The notes: generated by a model not told the origin, from the letters alone. DNA of 64,000 nt from Candidatus Elulimicrobium sp. (GCA_022730015.1 DZBU01000001.1:1307-65306), one strand, 5' to 3'; numbered from the stretch's first letter, positions 44,430 through 54,866 are shown. Program-made: numbers and translations.

Positions 44430-45562
44430 TGCCTGCTGTTGTGTCACAGTCAGTCTCAGTTTTGCTGTTCGTTTTACTAATAGTTCAATTAGTGTCCCTC
44501 GAGCAAACGTTTTTATTGCCACAGCAAAGTTATGGTGTCGTTAAGGATGTGAAGACTGCAGCCTGGGAAAGTGCAGACACCAGCATGCCGACTGCCTTAT
44601 TTGCGTCAAATCCACTCGAGCGAGACTCACTTTTGTTTGTCGGGGACGTGCTATTAGCAAGAAACATTGAATCCTTAATGTTACGAAACGGTGAAAATTA
44701 TCCGTTTGCTGGTATTGACCTCGCTTCGTTCTCGCGATCAGGATACGTGATTGGAAACTTTGAATCGAGTGTTCCAGAAATACATCAACCAACAGCGACA
44801 GGAGAATTGCAGTTTTCAGTTAATGAAAAAATTTTACCCAGCCTAAGACAAGCAGGTTTCACGCATCTTTCACTTGCCAATAATCATGCTCTGGATTTCG
44901 GAGCAAAGAATTTTACTTACACAACGCAGGCTCTAACAAAGAGCGACATTATCACCTTCGGCCATCCTTCAAAAATTAACAATGATTCAGTTGTCTTTCT
45001 TGAAGCAGAGGAAGTCATCGTGGCACTGATCGGCATACATACGCTCACACACAAACCAACAGCTGCTGCGCTTGCCGAAATTTTTTCGTATGCCAGCGCC
45101 AGAAGTGATCTGCAGATCGCCTACGTCCACTGGGGTACAGAATATAAAAAAAGTAATGATCAGTCGCAACGAAATTTTGCAGAAGCGCTTGTTGCGGCCG
45201 GTGCAGATCTGATCATCGGACATCACCCACATGTAGTACAGAACGTTGACCTCATAGGTGATGTCCCAGTTTTTTACTCACTCGGAAACTACATTTTTGA
45301 TCAATATTTCTCAGCAGAGACACAAGAAGGGCTTGTGTTACATCTTGATCTAGCGACTGAGCCAATGTTGTACCTGCTTCCCGTCACCAGCCAAGCATCA
45401 CTTTCGCAGCCTCAGCTGATGAATGAACAAGAACATTTCTCGTTCTTGCAAAAACTGGCAACACAAAGCGATCCAAAACTCGCTGAGGGTATTGCGCAGG
45501 GTATCTTGCCGCTGAATAGTTTGGTTGCAACTTCATCAAAAATAGCTATGATGGTGAGATAA
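44426..45562 (+). CDS. CapA/PgsA-like metallophosphatase-fold protein (poly-gamma-glutamate capsule biosynthesis CapA family).
   Basis: N-terminal TM. Motifs 'FVGDVLLAR', 'LSLANNHALDFG', 'IGHHPHVVQ' and 'SLGNYIFDQ' match the CapA-family metal-binding motifs. Confidence 0.7.
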   Translation: MMPAVVSQSVSVLLFVLLIVQLVSLEQTFLLPQQSYGVVKDVKTAAWESADTSMPTALFASNPLERDSLLFVGDVLLARNIESLMLRNGENYPFAGIDLASFSRSGYVIGNFESSVPEIHQPTATGELQFSVNEKILPSLRQAGFTHLSLANNHALDFGAKNFTYTTQALTKSDIITFGHPSKINNDSVVFLEAEEVIVALIGIHTLTHKPTAAALAEIFSYASARSDLQIAYVHWGTEYKKSNDQSQRNFAEALVAAGADLIIGHHPHVVQNVDLIGDVPVFYSLGNYIFDQYFSAETQEGLVLHLDLATEPMLYLLPVTSQASLSQPQLMNEQEHFSFLQKLATQSDPKLAEGIAQGILPLNSLVATSSKIAMMVR

Positions 45563-45572
45563 ATCATCGTGT

Positions 45573-46124
45573 ATGTTTAATAAATTTGAATTGATGGGAG
45601 CAGCCGCTAGTGTATTTTTAATGCTTCTTGGGTTATATCTGGTTGAGGTGAAAACTACGCTGTTTCGACCTTTGGAGACCAATATGAAAGCCCAAGTGGT
45701 TAGCACTATTGATCCAGGAGTTGTGGTGGTTGGCCAGACAGATGATGTCCAAGCTGCTCGCACGGAGGCGTATTTAGAAGCAACTAATAGTCAAGGTAAT
45801 TTCTATCGTATGGTCATTGATGATATTAAATTTGGAACCGGCGCTGAGGTTCAGGAAGGTGATACTGTTTCTGTGCATTACATTGGTACATTGCAAAATG
45901 GTCAGGAGTTTGATAATTCCAACAAACGCGGCATACCATTTGAATTCACCGTTGGTGCTGGTCAGGTGATTGAGGGTTGGGAGAAGGGGGTTCTTGGGAT
46001 GAAAATCGGAGGACAGCGTACACTCGTCATACCACCCGAAATGGCGTACGGAGAACAGGGGGTTGGACCAATTCCTGGGAACGCTACCTTGGTCTTTGTG
46101 ATCGAGCTGCTAGCTATTAAGTAG
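45573..46124 (+). CDS. Membrane-anchored FKBP-type peptidyl-prolyl cis-trans isomerase.
   Basis: N-terminal hydrophobic anchor, then the canonical FKBP domain 'GDTVSVHYIGTLQNGQEFDNS...FEFTVGAGQVIEGWEKGVLGMKIGGQRTLVIPPEMAYGEQG'. Confidence 0.85.
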   Translation: MFNKFELMGAAASVFLMLLGLYLVEVKTTLFRPLETNMKAQVVSTIDPGVVVVGQTDDVQAARTEAYLEATNSQGNFYRMVIDDIKFGTGAEVQEGDTVSVHYIGTLQNGQEFDNSNKRGIPFEFTVGAGQVIEGWEKGVLGMKIGGQRTLVIPPEMAYGEQGVGPIPGNATLVFVIELLAIK

Positions 46125-46140
46125 GTTTGTTTAAAGAAGA

Positions 46141-46180
46141 GATCAAGTATTACGATACACCGGCCCTGAAAGGCCGGTGT
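46141..46180 (+). terminator. Perfect 17-bp stem with a 6-nt loop (attacgatacaccggcc-ctgaaa-ggccggtgtatcgtaat) and no T-tract. It is a terminator or attenuator-like hairpin that overlaps the tracked 5' extension of tgt.
   Basis: Read directly as a reverse-complement match. Confidence 0.45.
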
Positions 46181-46206
46181 ATCGTAATGGAGTCGAAAAG
46201 TTGTCT

Positions 46207-47409
46207 ATGAACACATCACCAATATCCTTCACTATAGAAAAACGTATACCAGGTACGCTCGGTCGGGCTGGTGTCATTCATACTCCACACGGCGATATTG
46301 AAACACCAGCTTTTGTGGCTGTCGGAACAAAAGGTACGGTAAAAAGCATTAAGCCGGAGGACATGCGAGATTACGTAGGTAATCAAGTTGCTCTCGCTAA
46401 CACCTATCATCTATTTTTGCAGCCAGGAGCGGATGTCATAAAAGAGGCGGGAGGGCTACATGCTTTTGCTAATTGGCAGCTACCTACTATGACGGACAGT
46501 GGAGGGTTTCAAGTGTTTTCACTCGGTGCAGCATTTGGAAAAGGAGTGACTAAATTTGCGAAGGGAGAAGCCGCTGAGACAACTGAAAAACAAAGTCTTA
46601 ATGTGTACTCCAAAGAATTGGCAGCGGAACACGGGAAATTGTGTGTAATTGACGAAGAAGGGGTGACCTTCACATCACATCTTGATGGCTCAATGCACCG
46701 CTTTACTGCAGAACGTTCGATTGAGATTCAACATCAGATCGGGGCTGATATCATCATTGCTTTTGATGAATGCACCAGTCCAACTGCAAGCAAGGAGTAC
46801 CAACGTGAAGCGATGGATCGGACGCATCGTTGGGCAAAGCGCAGTATTCTGGCACATAAACAAGATTATGCTTCTCTCAAGAAGCAAGGTCTGTACGGTG
46901 TAGTGCAAGGAGGTAGACATCTTGATTTGCGTGAGGAGAGTGCACGAGCGCTTTCAGCGATGGATTTTGATGGGTTCGGGATTGGAGGCAGCTTCACTAA
47001 AGAAGATCTGGGAGACGCCCTGCGCGTCGTTAATGAAATTCTTCCTGAAGATAAGCCTCGGCATTTGCTTGGTATTGGAGAACCGGAAGATATTACAGAG
47101 GGGGTGAAGCTTGGTTGTGACACCTTTGACTGTGTTGCGCCAACGCGAATCGCGCGAACCGGCACGATCTATGAGCGGACAAATCAGGGTCATCAGCGTA
47201 CAAATCTCCTCAATAGTCGATATCAGCGAGATTTTAGTAAACCAGACGAGTCATGCGATTGCTACGTTTGTAAAAATTATACGAAAGCCTATCTGGCACA
47301 CCTGTTTAGGAGTCAGGAAATGCTTGGGGCACACCTAGCGTCTCTACATAACCTTTACTACATTGTAAATTTTACCAAGCGCCTCCGGGAAGAGATCTTA
47401 AGCAGATAG
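46207..47409 (+). CDS. tgt: Queuine tRNA-ribosyltransferase.
   Basis: 'LGIGEPEDITEGVKLGCDTFDCVAPTRIARTG' and the Zn-site 'CDCYVCKNYTKAYLAHLF...H'. ATG 46207 (MNTSPISF) is preferred over the tracked start, which runs through the hairpin. Confidence 0.88.
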   Translation: MNTSPISFTIEKRIPGTLGRAGVIHTPHGDIETPAFVAVGTKGTVKSIKPEDMRDYVGNQVALANTYHLFLQPGADVIKEAGGLHAFANWQLPTMTDSGGFQVFSLGAAFGKGVTKFAKGEAAETTEKQSLNVYSKELAAEHGKLCVIDEEGVTFTSHLDGSMHRFTAERSIEIQHQIGADIIIAFDECTSPTASKEYQREAMDRTHRWAKRSILAHKQDYASLKKQGLYGVVQGGRHLDLREESARALSAMDFDGFGIGGSFTKEDLGDALRVVNEILPEDKPRHLLGIGEPEDITEGVKLGCDTFDCVAPTRIARTGTIYERTNQGHQRTNLLNSRYQRDFSKPDESCDCYVCKNYTKAYLAHLFRSQEMLGAHLASLHNLYYIVNFTKRLREEILSR

Positions 47410-47475
47410 AGGCAAAACTTGATTTCTTACAAAACTATGGCATTGTGTACGTAGTTAACTTTCAAGGAGTCCATC

Positions 47476-48123
47476 ATGGACATCGTTCTTAATGACCTCA
47501 GACGGGTTATCGATAAACATCGATACCGACATCAACTAGAAAGGCGAGTTTCAAGGATCTTTGGCGAAGGTTCTGATAAGTATTGTGTGATCATGTTAAC
47601 CATTGATTTGGTGGCAGAAACACACAACAACGGTCTTCGGAACAACGGGGACCTTCTAAAATCACATGAGTTTGCGATGTTTACTATTGCACTTGTCTAT
47701 TGTGGAATAAGAGACCTATCAATACTTTTGGCCATACTTTTACACGACATGATCGAGGATTATCCAGAGATCTGGTCACCTTGGCTCATTGCCGAGCGTT
47801 TTGGTCAGGAAGTGCTCAGGATTGACCTTGCCGTCACAAAGCCCGATAAAAGCACCTTCACCACTGAAGCGGAGTACGAAGAAGTAATTTTTGATAGTGT
47901 TCTATCCGGTGGGTGGAAAGCGGTTGTCGTCAAGTGTATTGATCGTCTTCACAACATGCTGACTCTCTATGGCGGCAAAGATAAGATGGTTAATAAGGTG
48001 TTGCAAACCATTAAGTTCGTTCTTCCGATGTCGGCGAATATCCAATTCCTAACCTTCGAACTCATGTCAGCAACGACAGAGCAAATGAGTCGTCTAGAAA
48101 TGGAACAAGACCGATTCCTGTAG
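47476..48123 (+). CDS. HD-domain hydrolase of the RelA/SpoT (ppGpp hydrolase) type, stand-alone.
   Basis: 'LLHDMIEDYPE' (HD motif) and 'KCIDRLHNMLTL' (compare the SpoT/RelA hydrolase 'K.ADRLHNMRTL'). Confidence 0.6.
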   Translation: MDIVLNDLRRVIDKHRYRHQLERRVSRIFGEGSDKYCVIMLTIDLVAETHNNGLRNNGDLLKSHEFAMFTIALVYCGIRDLSILLAILLHDMIEDYPEIWSPWLIAERFGQEVLRIDLAVTKPDKSTFTTEAEYEEVIFDSVLSGGWKAVVVKCIDRLHNMLTLYGGKDKMVNKVLQTIKFVLPMSANIQFLTFELMSATTEQMSRLEMEQDRFL

Positions 48124-48153
48124 CCAAGACACATCGTGTCTTGGCTTTTTTTA
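48122..48153 (+). terminator. Rho-independent terminator: agccaagacac-atc-gtgtcttggct followed by ttttttatt.
   Basis: Read directly. The 11-bp perfect stem starts at the stop codon of the HD gene. Confidence 0.65.
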
Positions 48154-48180
48154 TTTACTATCGCGGGGTATAGTAGCAAC

Positions 48181-50202
48181 GTGAAATTCAATATCTCAAC
48201 TGAAAAAACTCCGGCGGGAGATCAACCGCAAGCCATCGCGTCTCTGCTCGATGGTATTGCTGCTGGACATAAGCATCAGACGCTTTTAGGTGTGACTGGA
48301 TCTGGTAAGACTTTTACTGCGGCCAACGTCATTCAGGCTGTGCAGAAACCGACCCTAGTGATCGCGCACAATAAAACATTGGCCGCACAATTAGCGCAGG
48401 AATACCGTGATTTCTTTCCTGAAAACGCGGTGCACTATTTCGTTTCGTATTATGACTATTATCAACCAGAGGCCTACATGCCGACGAGTGATACTTATAT
48501 AGAAAAAGAAGCGCAGATCAACGAAGAGATCGATCGCCTTCGGCACGCGTCCACACAGGCATTACTTACCAGAAAAGACGTTATTATTGTAGCTTCTGTT
48601 TCCTGCATCTATGGACTTGGTTCACCGGCTGAATACGAACGAAAACATCTTAAGATCGAGCGGGGATTCATGACGACACGTACCGATATGCTGCGAACAC
48701 TGGTTGATCTCTATTTTGAGCGAACTAACGCTGATCTTTCACCAGGCCAATTCCGGGCAGTTGGTAATACGGTTGAGATCATGCCAACAAACGAACGGGT
48801 CATCTGTCGTCTTGGCTTTAACGCAACGGGAGTTGCTTCAATAACCAAGATCGATGCTGTGACCCGTGCAATCATCGATGAACCTGATCGATTTTTCCTT
48901 TTTCCAGCAAAACACTTCGTCACTCCAGAAGATGAGCGAAAAGTTGCCATTGCTGACATCAAGCTTGAACTTGATGAACAGCTTAAGAAATTTAAAAAAG
49001 AAGGAAAGATCCTAGAAGCGGAACGCCTCAGACGTCGCACCGAACACGACCTCGCACTGATCAGAGAGATCGGATACTGTAATGGTATTGAAAATTACTC
49101 ACGTCATTTTGACCGCCGCAAACCTGGAGAAGCGCCATATACGCTACTTTCGTATTTTCCACACACAGAAAATGGCGACCCAGATTTTCTAACAATTATT
49201 GATGAATCACACGTTACTATCCCGCAGCTCAACGGTATGTATGCTGGTGATCGTTCTCGAAAAAATACTCTCGTTGAATTTGGCTTTCGACTTCCGAGTG
49301 CTGTCGATAACCGACCACTACAGTTTCCTGAGTTTGAAGAGCGAGTGGGGCAGGTGATCTATACCACAGCAACGCCTGGTAAGTACGAATATGTAAAACT
49401 GCAAGAACTTGACAGTAAACCAGTTGAACAAATTATTCGACCGACGGGACTAATCGACCCCGAGATTGATGTTCGTGGTGTTATCGAGAAGGGTATATAT
49501 CCTGGTCAGGTTAAAGATTTCATTGAAGAATCAGTTGCGGTGATCAAAAGAAGTGCTCGCGTGCTTGTTACAACACTTACTAAGCAGATGGCTGAAGACC
49601 TAGCTGAATTTCTTACTGAAAAAAATGTGAAAGCCAAGTACATTCATAGTGACGTTGGTACTATGGAACGAATTGAGATCCTTACTGCTTTCAGAAAAGG
49701 CGATTTTGATTGTTTGGTGGGCGTTAACCTTTTACGAGAAGGACTTGATCTTCCCGAGGTAGAATTGGTGGCGATAATGGATGCGGATAAAGAAGGATTT
49801 CTCCGCAGTGAGACTGCTCTCATCCAAACTATTGGACGCGCAGCTCGCAACGTGAACGGTCGTGTCATTTTGTATGCTGATGAATCCACTAAAGCACTTG
49901 AATATGCGATAGGGGAAACCAACCGCCGCCGGGCTATTCAGCTAGTGTACAACAAAACACATAACATTACTCCAAAGACAATTATAAAAGAAATTCGTTC
50001 AATCGCAGATCAGATGCGAACAGAACACCAAGAGACAGTTGACACGCTTCTTAAAATTGACCGTGAGTTATATAAGAAAAACCCTAAAAAGGTTATCAAA
50101 GAAAAGCGCAGACAGATGGAGGAAGCTGTAGCTGCTCTAGACTTTGAAACAGCAGCTATCGTTCGAGATGAAATTCTTTACCTCGAAAAATCAAATCAGT
50201 AG
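48181..50202 (+). CDS. uvrB: Excinuclease ABC subunit B.
   Basis: 'KTPAGDQPQAI..L..GI..G...Q.LLGVTGSGKTFT', helicase motifs, 'YVSYYDYYQPEAY' and the C-terminal UVR motif 'AAALDFETAAIVRDEI'. GTG 48181 is the preferred start. The tracked 48136 start runs through the terminator. Confidence 0.9.
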   Translation: MKFNISTEKTPAGDQPQAIASLLDGIAAGHKHQTLLGVTGSGKTFTAANVIQAVQKPTLVIAHNKTLAAQLAQEYRDFFPENAVHYFVSYYDYYQPEAYMPTSDTYIEKEAQINEEIDRLRHASTQALLTRKDVIIVASVSCIYGLGSPAEYERKHLKIERGFMTTRTDMLRTLVDLYFERTNADLSPGQFRAVGNTVEIMPTNERVICRLGFNATGVASITKIDAVTRAIIDEPDRFFLFPAKHFVTPEDERKVAIADIKLELDEQLKKFKKEGKILEAERLRRRTEHDLALIREIGYCNGIENYSRHFDRRKPGEAPYTLLSYFPHTENGDPDFLTIIDESHVTIPQLNGMYAGDRSRKNTLVEFGFRLPSAVDNRPLQFPEFEERVGQVIYTTATPGKYEYVKLQELDSKPVEQIIRPTGLIDPEIDVRGVIEKGIYPGQVKDFIEESVAVIKRSARVLVTTLTKQMAEDLAEFLTEKNVKAKYIHSDVGTMERIEILTAFRKGDFDCLVGVNLLREGLDLPEVELVAIMDADKEGFLRSETALIQTIGRAARNVNGRVILYADESTKALEYAIGETNRRRAIQLVYNKTHNITPKTIIKEIRSIADQMRTEHQETVDTLLKIDRELYKKNPKKVIKEKRRQMEEAVAALDFETAAIVRDEILYLEKSNQ

Positions 50203-50255
50203 TTCCTGTGGGTTAGTGACTGAACTCTATTCGGCTAAAATGATACTATACAAGC

Positions 50256-51068
50256 ATGTCAATACTCACTAATAAAAACGTCCTCATAATAACTGGTGAA
50301 GGAAATTCTTTGCTTGATGAATTGAGTGAGTCACTCGAAGCTCATGGGGCAAAGGTGACAAAAATTTTATGCTCGAAACTTTCTTCCGCTCTGCTTGAAG
50401 AACAACAGCCTGATGTAATGCTTTGTAACTGCATGCGTGCGTCAGATGATGAGTTCTCAACAACCTTCGATGTATTACGTGAGTTCGCTACGCGTGATCC
50501 AATACCAGTTTTCACCCTTATCCAAGACACACCCGAGACGATCCAGAACGCTTTATCGCTCGGTGTTACTGACTACATCACCCCACAGGAAGATGTTCGT
50601 TCAATCCTCGCTAAGATCAAGGCTGTTTTTGGTGAGGGGGACATGTTCTCGGGTAATGCTGCTATAGACATTACTCCCAATGAAGCTCATGTTACCACTT
50701 CAGGCATCCGTGTCTTTGTCGTAGAAGATGATCCGTTGCTTAGGAATCTTCTCTCTATGAAGCTTGATAGATCTCGTTTTCCTTATGAATTTAGTAATGA
50801 TGGCAGTGACGCTGTTCCCTTGATGTATCAGTTTAAACCTGATGTCATCATATTGGACCTTATGCTACCGGGGCGAAGTGGATTTGAAGTGCTTGCGGAA
50901 ATTAAAGCAGATGAAAAATTGAAAGACATTCCAGTCATTGTATTTTCTAATCGTGATGGTCGAGAAGACAGACAAAAAGCGAGTGAGCTTGGTGCTAGAG
51001 GTTTTTACGTAAAGGCGATGACAGATCTTTCAGAGCTGATAGAAACTATAGAATCGCTGGTTGCGTGA
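50256..51068 (+). CDS. Response-regulator receiver protein with no output domain: a degenerate N-terminal pseudo-receiver plus a canonical C-terminal REC domain.
   Basis: The second domain 'VFVVEDDPLLRNLL...PDVIILDLMLPGRSGFEVL...IPVIVFSNR...GARGFYVKA' has the conserved D, D and K. The first domain has 'DVMLCNCM' where the phospho-acceptor Asp is expected. Confidence 0.7.
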   Translation: MSILTNKNVLIITGEGNSLLDELSESLEAHGAKVTKILCSKLSSALLEEQQPDVMLCNCMRASDDEFSTTFDVLREFATRDPIPVFTLIQDTPETIQNALSLGVTDYITPQEDVRSILAKIKAVFGEGDMFSGNAAIDITPNEAHVTTSGIRVFVVEDDPLLRNLLSMKLDRSRFPYEFSNDGSDAVPLMYQFKPDVIILDLMLPGRSGFEVLAEIKADEKLKDIPVIVFSNRDGREDRQKASELGARGFYVKAMTDLSELIETIESLVA

Positions 51069-51105
51069 TTTATCGACAGTCGACGTCGGTTCTGTCGTCT
51101 AGGTC

Positions 51106-53472
51106 GTGTATACTTTTAATAATATGACTATCGCTAAGAATCCGCGACAAAATACACGAAGTGTAAAATCTAGCACGACCTCTGCTGCAAAAAAAACGGG
51201 CGGTATTGTAGCAAAGTCAAAGTCACGTTCTGCCATTGATACACGCGTGCGTACTAAAAAGACAATTGCGTCACCTCGCAAAAAAAATCCAACTTCAGCG
51301 AAACGGACACATATTGAGAAGGATAAGCAGAATACTAAACTGCCACCGGTGCACCTCCCAACAAACATGAGCAAACGGGCAGTAGAGAAAAGTGCTGTGC
51401 TGATGCAAGAGTTTGAACACTATTTTAGCGATGCTATGTATCGTATCGCGTATGTTGCTGGTCTTTGTTTCATTTTAGTTGGTGCCACATATGCCTCGAT
51501 TGGTTTGATTGAAAATCCGATTCAACAAAAGGCGACCTTGACTGAAGCTGTCGATTTAAGCAGTGAAGGATTGGTTGCTGAACCGGTAAATACGATTGTA
51601 GAACAAATACCACCTTCCGAGTTCGAGTATCTCACAGACGTTCCTAAAAACATCACTGAGGCGACAGAAGTTTATTTCGAAGTTTCGCATGCCGATGAGA
51701 TAATACCCAAGCTTGTAGTAGTGGGTAAGATTGGTTTTATAGATTTACCAGCTGAAAAAATTTCAGACTTAAAGTATAGAGTCATTATTCCGGTCAAATC
51801 ACTTGCAACAAACTATTATGAACTGCGCGTTTATGTTAAACCAGCTGACGGATCCGATCAGTACGTTGAGCGCACGAACCAATTTTTCGTTGGAAGTACT
51901 GATGTTGAAAAGTGGTTTAATGAGCAACTTCTTAAAGAAGCTGTCCTTGACGAGGAAGGCAATATAGCTGAAGGCACATCGAACAACACAGGAAATGTAA
52001 CAGATGCTGCAGATACTGATGGACAAGGTGATACACCTATCAATGGAACAGGTCAGACAGAGGTGTCAAAATTTGAGATAAAATCTCGAGCTTCTGTTTT
52101 GGTGGGTATTGCAAATGTCGACGTAGCAGTGTCTGAAGATGCAACCGATATTACTTTGTACGCGAGACGCATTGACGAACAAAACTCCTCTCTAGTTGAT
52201 ATAGCAGAAAAACATTTTGAGAATAGTTGGATATTTACGTTCGATTCCACTAAACTTCTAAATGGTGAATATGAATTTTTTGCGCAGACAAAGATTGGCG
52301 TTGGCACGCGACTTTCAAATTCACTAAAGCTTTCTGTCAGTAACGTTGTTACTAATAAAAGTGGTGATGATTTCCAAATCGAACTACCTAACAAACTGGA
52401 AGAACCTGAAGCTTCCGACAGCAGTACTGAGCCATACACTCCTACGGTTACTTTTGATGAAAGAGTGTCAGACGAGACAAAAGCGCTCATTGCTGACAAT
52501 CGGGAAGATTTCAACGAACTATTAACTAATTATGCTGCTGCTAAGCAGGCAGGGGATGAGTCACTGATCAGAGTCGCAAAAGAAGCGCTTGACGCTCTAC
52601 AGGAGACAATCCTTCTTGATGTTCATCGCGAGGATCGCGTGCGTGATATTTCAGATACGATTAGTGACGAGCTTGCTAATCGCGTTCTTGATCTACAAAA
52701 CAGAATTGATACGTTTGATGAGTTGCGTAAGCAGCGTTCGAACGGAGCTATTACAGTCGACACAGATGGTGATGGTGTTTCGAATATGGATGAATCAAAA
52801 CTTTACAAAACAGACCCTGGTTTAGCTGATACTGATGACGATGGTGTAGCAGATGGTATTGAGATCATGCGAGGTTACAATCCAAGCGATGCAACGCCAG
52901 AGGCTGTCATCCGTTTTGAATCGCCCAAAGAAACATTTGGTCTAACTCGTCATGATGCGCTTGAAATCGCTGAGGTGATCCCACTAATTACTAATGGTAT
53001 TACTGATGAGCAGACATCTGTTGCGGCTGAGATAAGGGGTAAAGGTTTGCCAAATAGTTTTGTAACTTTATATGTATTCAGTACTCCGACAGTGGTCACG
53101 GTCAAAACTGATGCAGATGGTTACTTTGTATACACTTTTGATAAAGAGCTTGAGGATGGGCAACACGATGTTTATGTAACTCTAACAGATAATGTTGGCG
53201 CGATCATTGCACAAAGTAATCCGTTTACTTTTGTGAAGGAAGCACAGGCATTTACTCCAGTTTCTGCTGCCGACGAAGCAGCACTCTCTCCTCAACCGAT
53301 CACTGAGGATCCGGGGAAGGGGTATGCTTTAGCTATTGGTGTCGGCATCCTCGGGTTTGGGCTGATCTTGTTAATGCTTGGCATTAGCCTTCGAAAAGAA
53401 GAGAATGGTGAAGTTATTATCATAGAAAAACCGCTGCCTCCTGAAAAAAACGTGACTTCTGAAAGTCTATGA
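51106..53472 (+). CDS. Bitopic/secreted large protein: basic N-terminal tail, TM, ~650-aa extracytoplasmic region with thrombospondin-type-3-like Ca-binding repeats, C-terminal TM.
   Basis: TM IAYVAGLCFILVGATYASIGLI. 'DTDGDGVSNMDESKLYKTDPGLADTDDDGVADGIE'. C-terminal TM GYALAIGVGILGFGLILLMLGI. Confidence 0.65.
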   Translation: MYTFNNMTIAKNPRQNTRSVKSSTTSAAKKTGGIVAKSKSRSAIDTRVRTKKTIASPRKKNPTSAKRTHIEKDKQNTKLPPVHLPTNMSKRAVEKSAVLMQEFEHYFSDAMYRIAYVAGLCFILVGATYASIGLIENPIQQKATLTEAVDLSSEGLVAEPVNTIVEQIPPSEFEYLTDVPKNITEATEVYFEVSHADEIIPKLVVVGKIGFIDLPAEKISDLKYRVIIPVKSLATNYYELRVYVKPADGSDQYVERTNQFFVGSTDVEKWFNEQLLKEAVLDEEGNIAEGTSNNTGNVTDAADTDGQGDTPINGTGQTEVSKFEIKSRASVLVGIANVDVAVSEDATDITLYARRIDEQNSSLVDIAEKHFENSWIFTFDSTKLLNGEYEFFAQTKIGVGTRLSNSLKLSVSNVVTNKSGDDFQIELPNKLEEPEASDSSTEPYTPTVTFDERVSDETKALIADNREDFNELLTNYAAAKQAGDESLIRVAKEALDALQETILLDVHREDRVRDISDTISDELANRVLDLQNRIDTFDELRKQRSNGAITVDTDGDGVSNMDESKLYKTDPGLADTDDDGVADGIEIMRGYNPSDATPEAVIRFESPKETFGLTRHDALEIAEVIPLITNGITDEQTSVAAEIRGKGLPNSFVTLYVFSTPTVVTVKTDADGYFVYTFDKELEDGQHDVYVTLTDNVGAIIAQSNPFTFVKEAQAFTPVSAADEAALSPQPITEDPGKGYALAIGVGILGFGLILLMLGISLRKEENGEVIIIEKPLPPEKNVTSESL

Positions 53473-54827
53473 TTTCTCAGCTCTTACAAATTTTAGAAAG
53501 AGGCTTCAAGGTCATGCGTCTAAGTTCCCGCATGTTCCTGGTAGGGATTTTGGTATTCGTTTTTCCTCTTTTATACATTTGGGCCGCCCAAACCTTCTAT
53601 AGCACTGCTTATGATAATGTTCAAACTATACTCAAGTACGAAGTTGGAATCGTTAGTGATAGCCTGCAAGCCGTATTGGTCAGTACTAACGCAGACAAGG
53701 ATGTCTTGAATGCAGCGATAAAAGTCATTGTGAGTGAGAATGTTGAAACTGACCCTGTGGATATCACAGCCATTCGTATCTATACTGAGACTGCCAACGG
53801 AATGGTAGTTTTGGCTGCCGATCGTGACGAGTTTGTCGGGGAATTCGATCCATCAGCTGAAGACTTAAAAGAGATGGGTTTTACTAATACTAGACCATTT
53901 CATCAACGTGAGTCAGTGTCAAATGGTGATCGTATCTGGAGTGCATACAAACGCGTGGAAGTAGACAATCATTTCTATTACATCACCTCGGAATTTAATT
54001 TAGCTCAACTAGATAAGACTATGGCTTTTCGAAAACAGCAATCATATCTAGGTCTTACAGGGATATTTCTTTTTTTGATTGCACTAGCCTACTGGCTAAA
54101 TCGCCAGGTGCACTGGGAAAAACGTTATGAAAGACAAGTTGAGCTTTTAAATGAACGAGATCTCTTCTCGAACATGATTGCACACGAGTTTCGGTCACCG
54201 CTGACGGCAATCAAAGGATATGCGAGTTTTTTAGAGGAGTCTCAAACATTGCTCCCAGACGAGCGTCGTTTTGTTGGTAACATTAGACAATCGGCGGAAC
54301 ATCTAGTTGCCCTCGTCAGTGATTTTCTGGAGGTCGCTCGCCTGCAATCGGGTAAACTAAAAATTGAAAGACAGGACATCGATGTGAGAACGGTTGTTTT
54401 CACTGTGCTCGAAAACTTACGTGGTATGGCAACTGAAAAGGGTCTTAAACTCGAAGTTGATCCAATGTCAGATCCAATCATGTTTAAAACTGACCCAGCT
54501 CGACTGCAACAAGTTTTGACAAATTTGGTGACAAATTCTATCAAATACACCCAAACAGGCTCGATACGACTACGTTGTTCAGTCGATTATAAAGCAGTTA
54601 GTGTTCGTGTCATGGACACTGGCATGGGCATTAGTGCCGAGGATCAGCAAAAGCTTTTTGCTCCCTTTACACGAGTTGGTGGTGTTGATGCAAGCTCGAT
54701 CACTGGTACTGGCCTCGGCATGTACATCACTAAGCAGCTGGTAACCTTGCTTGGTGGTACGATCGGGGTTGAATCAATAAAGGGAGTTGGTAGTCATGTC
54801 GTTGTAACTCTTTCAGAATCAAAATAA
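53469..54827 (+). CDS. Sensor histidine kinase with two TMs flanking a ~170-aa extracytoplasmic sensor domain. Probable start ATG 53514.
   Basis: H-box 'HEFRSPLTAIKGYASFL'. N-box 'LTNLVTNSIKYT'. G-boxes 'MDTGMGIS' and 'GTGLGMYITKQLVTLLGGTIGVES'. Confidence 0.8.
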   Translation: MISQLLQILERGFKVMRLSSRMFLVGILVFVFPLLYIWAAQTFYSTAYDNVQTILKYEVGIVSDSLQAVLVSTNADKDVLNAAIKVIVSENVETDPVDITAIRIYTETANGMVVLAADRDEFVGEFDPSAEDLKEMGFTNTRPFHQRESVSNGDRIWSAYKRVEVDNHFYYITSEFNLAQLDKTMAFRKQQSYLGLTGIFLFLIALAYWLNRQVHWEKRYERQVELLNERDLFSNMIAHEFRSPLTAIKGYASFLEESQTLLPDERRFVGNIRQSAEHLVALVSDFLEVARLQSGKLKIERQDIDVRTVVFTVLENLRGMATEKGLKLEVDPMSDPIMFKTDPARLQQVLTNLVTNSIKYTQTGSIRLRCSVDYKAVSVRVMDTGMGISAEDQQKLFAPFTRVGGVDASSITGTGLGMYITKQLVTLLGGTIGVESIKGVGSHVVVTLSESK

Positions 54828-54856
54828 TTGCTCATATTGTAGTTATTTGTATAATG

Positions 54857-54866
54857 ACGACATACA
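54857..54866 (+). promoter_or_regulatory. Extended -10 element tTGTATAAT upstream of uvrA.
   Basis: Read directly. It lies ~73 nt upstream of ATG 54939. Confidence 0.4.

Noticed and set aside
46177-46206. Tracked upstream start of tgt and 48136 start of uvrB
   Set aside because: Both extensions run through strong terminator-type hairpins (46141-46180, 48122-48153). The internal starts ATG 46207 and GTG 48181 give canonical Tgt and UvrB N-termini.
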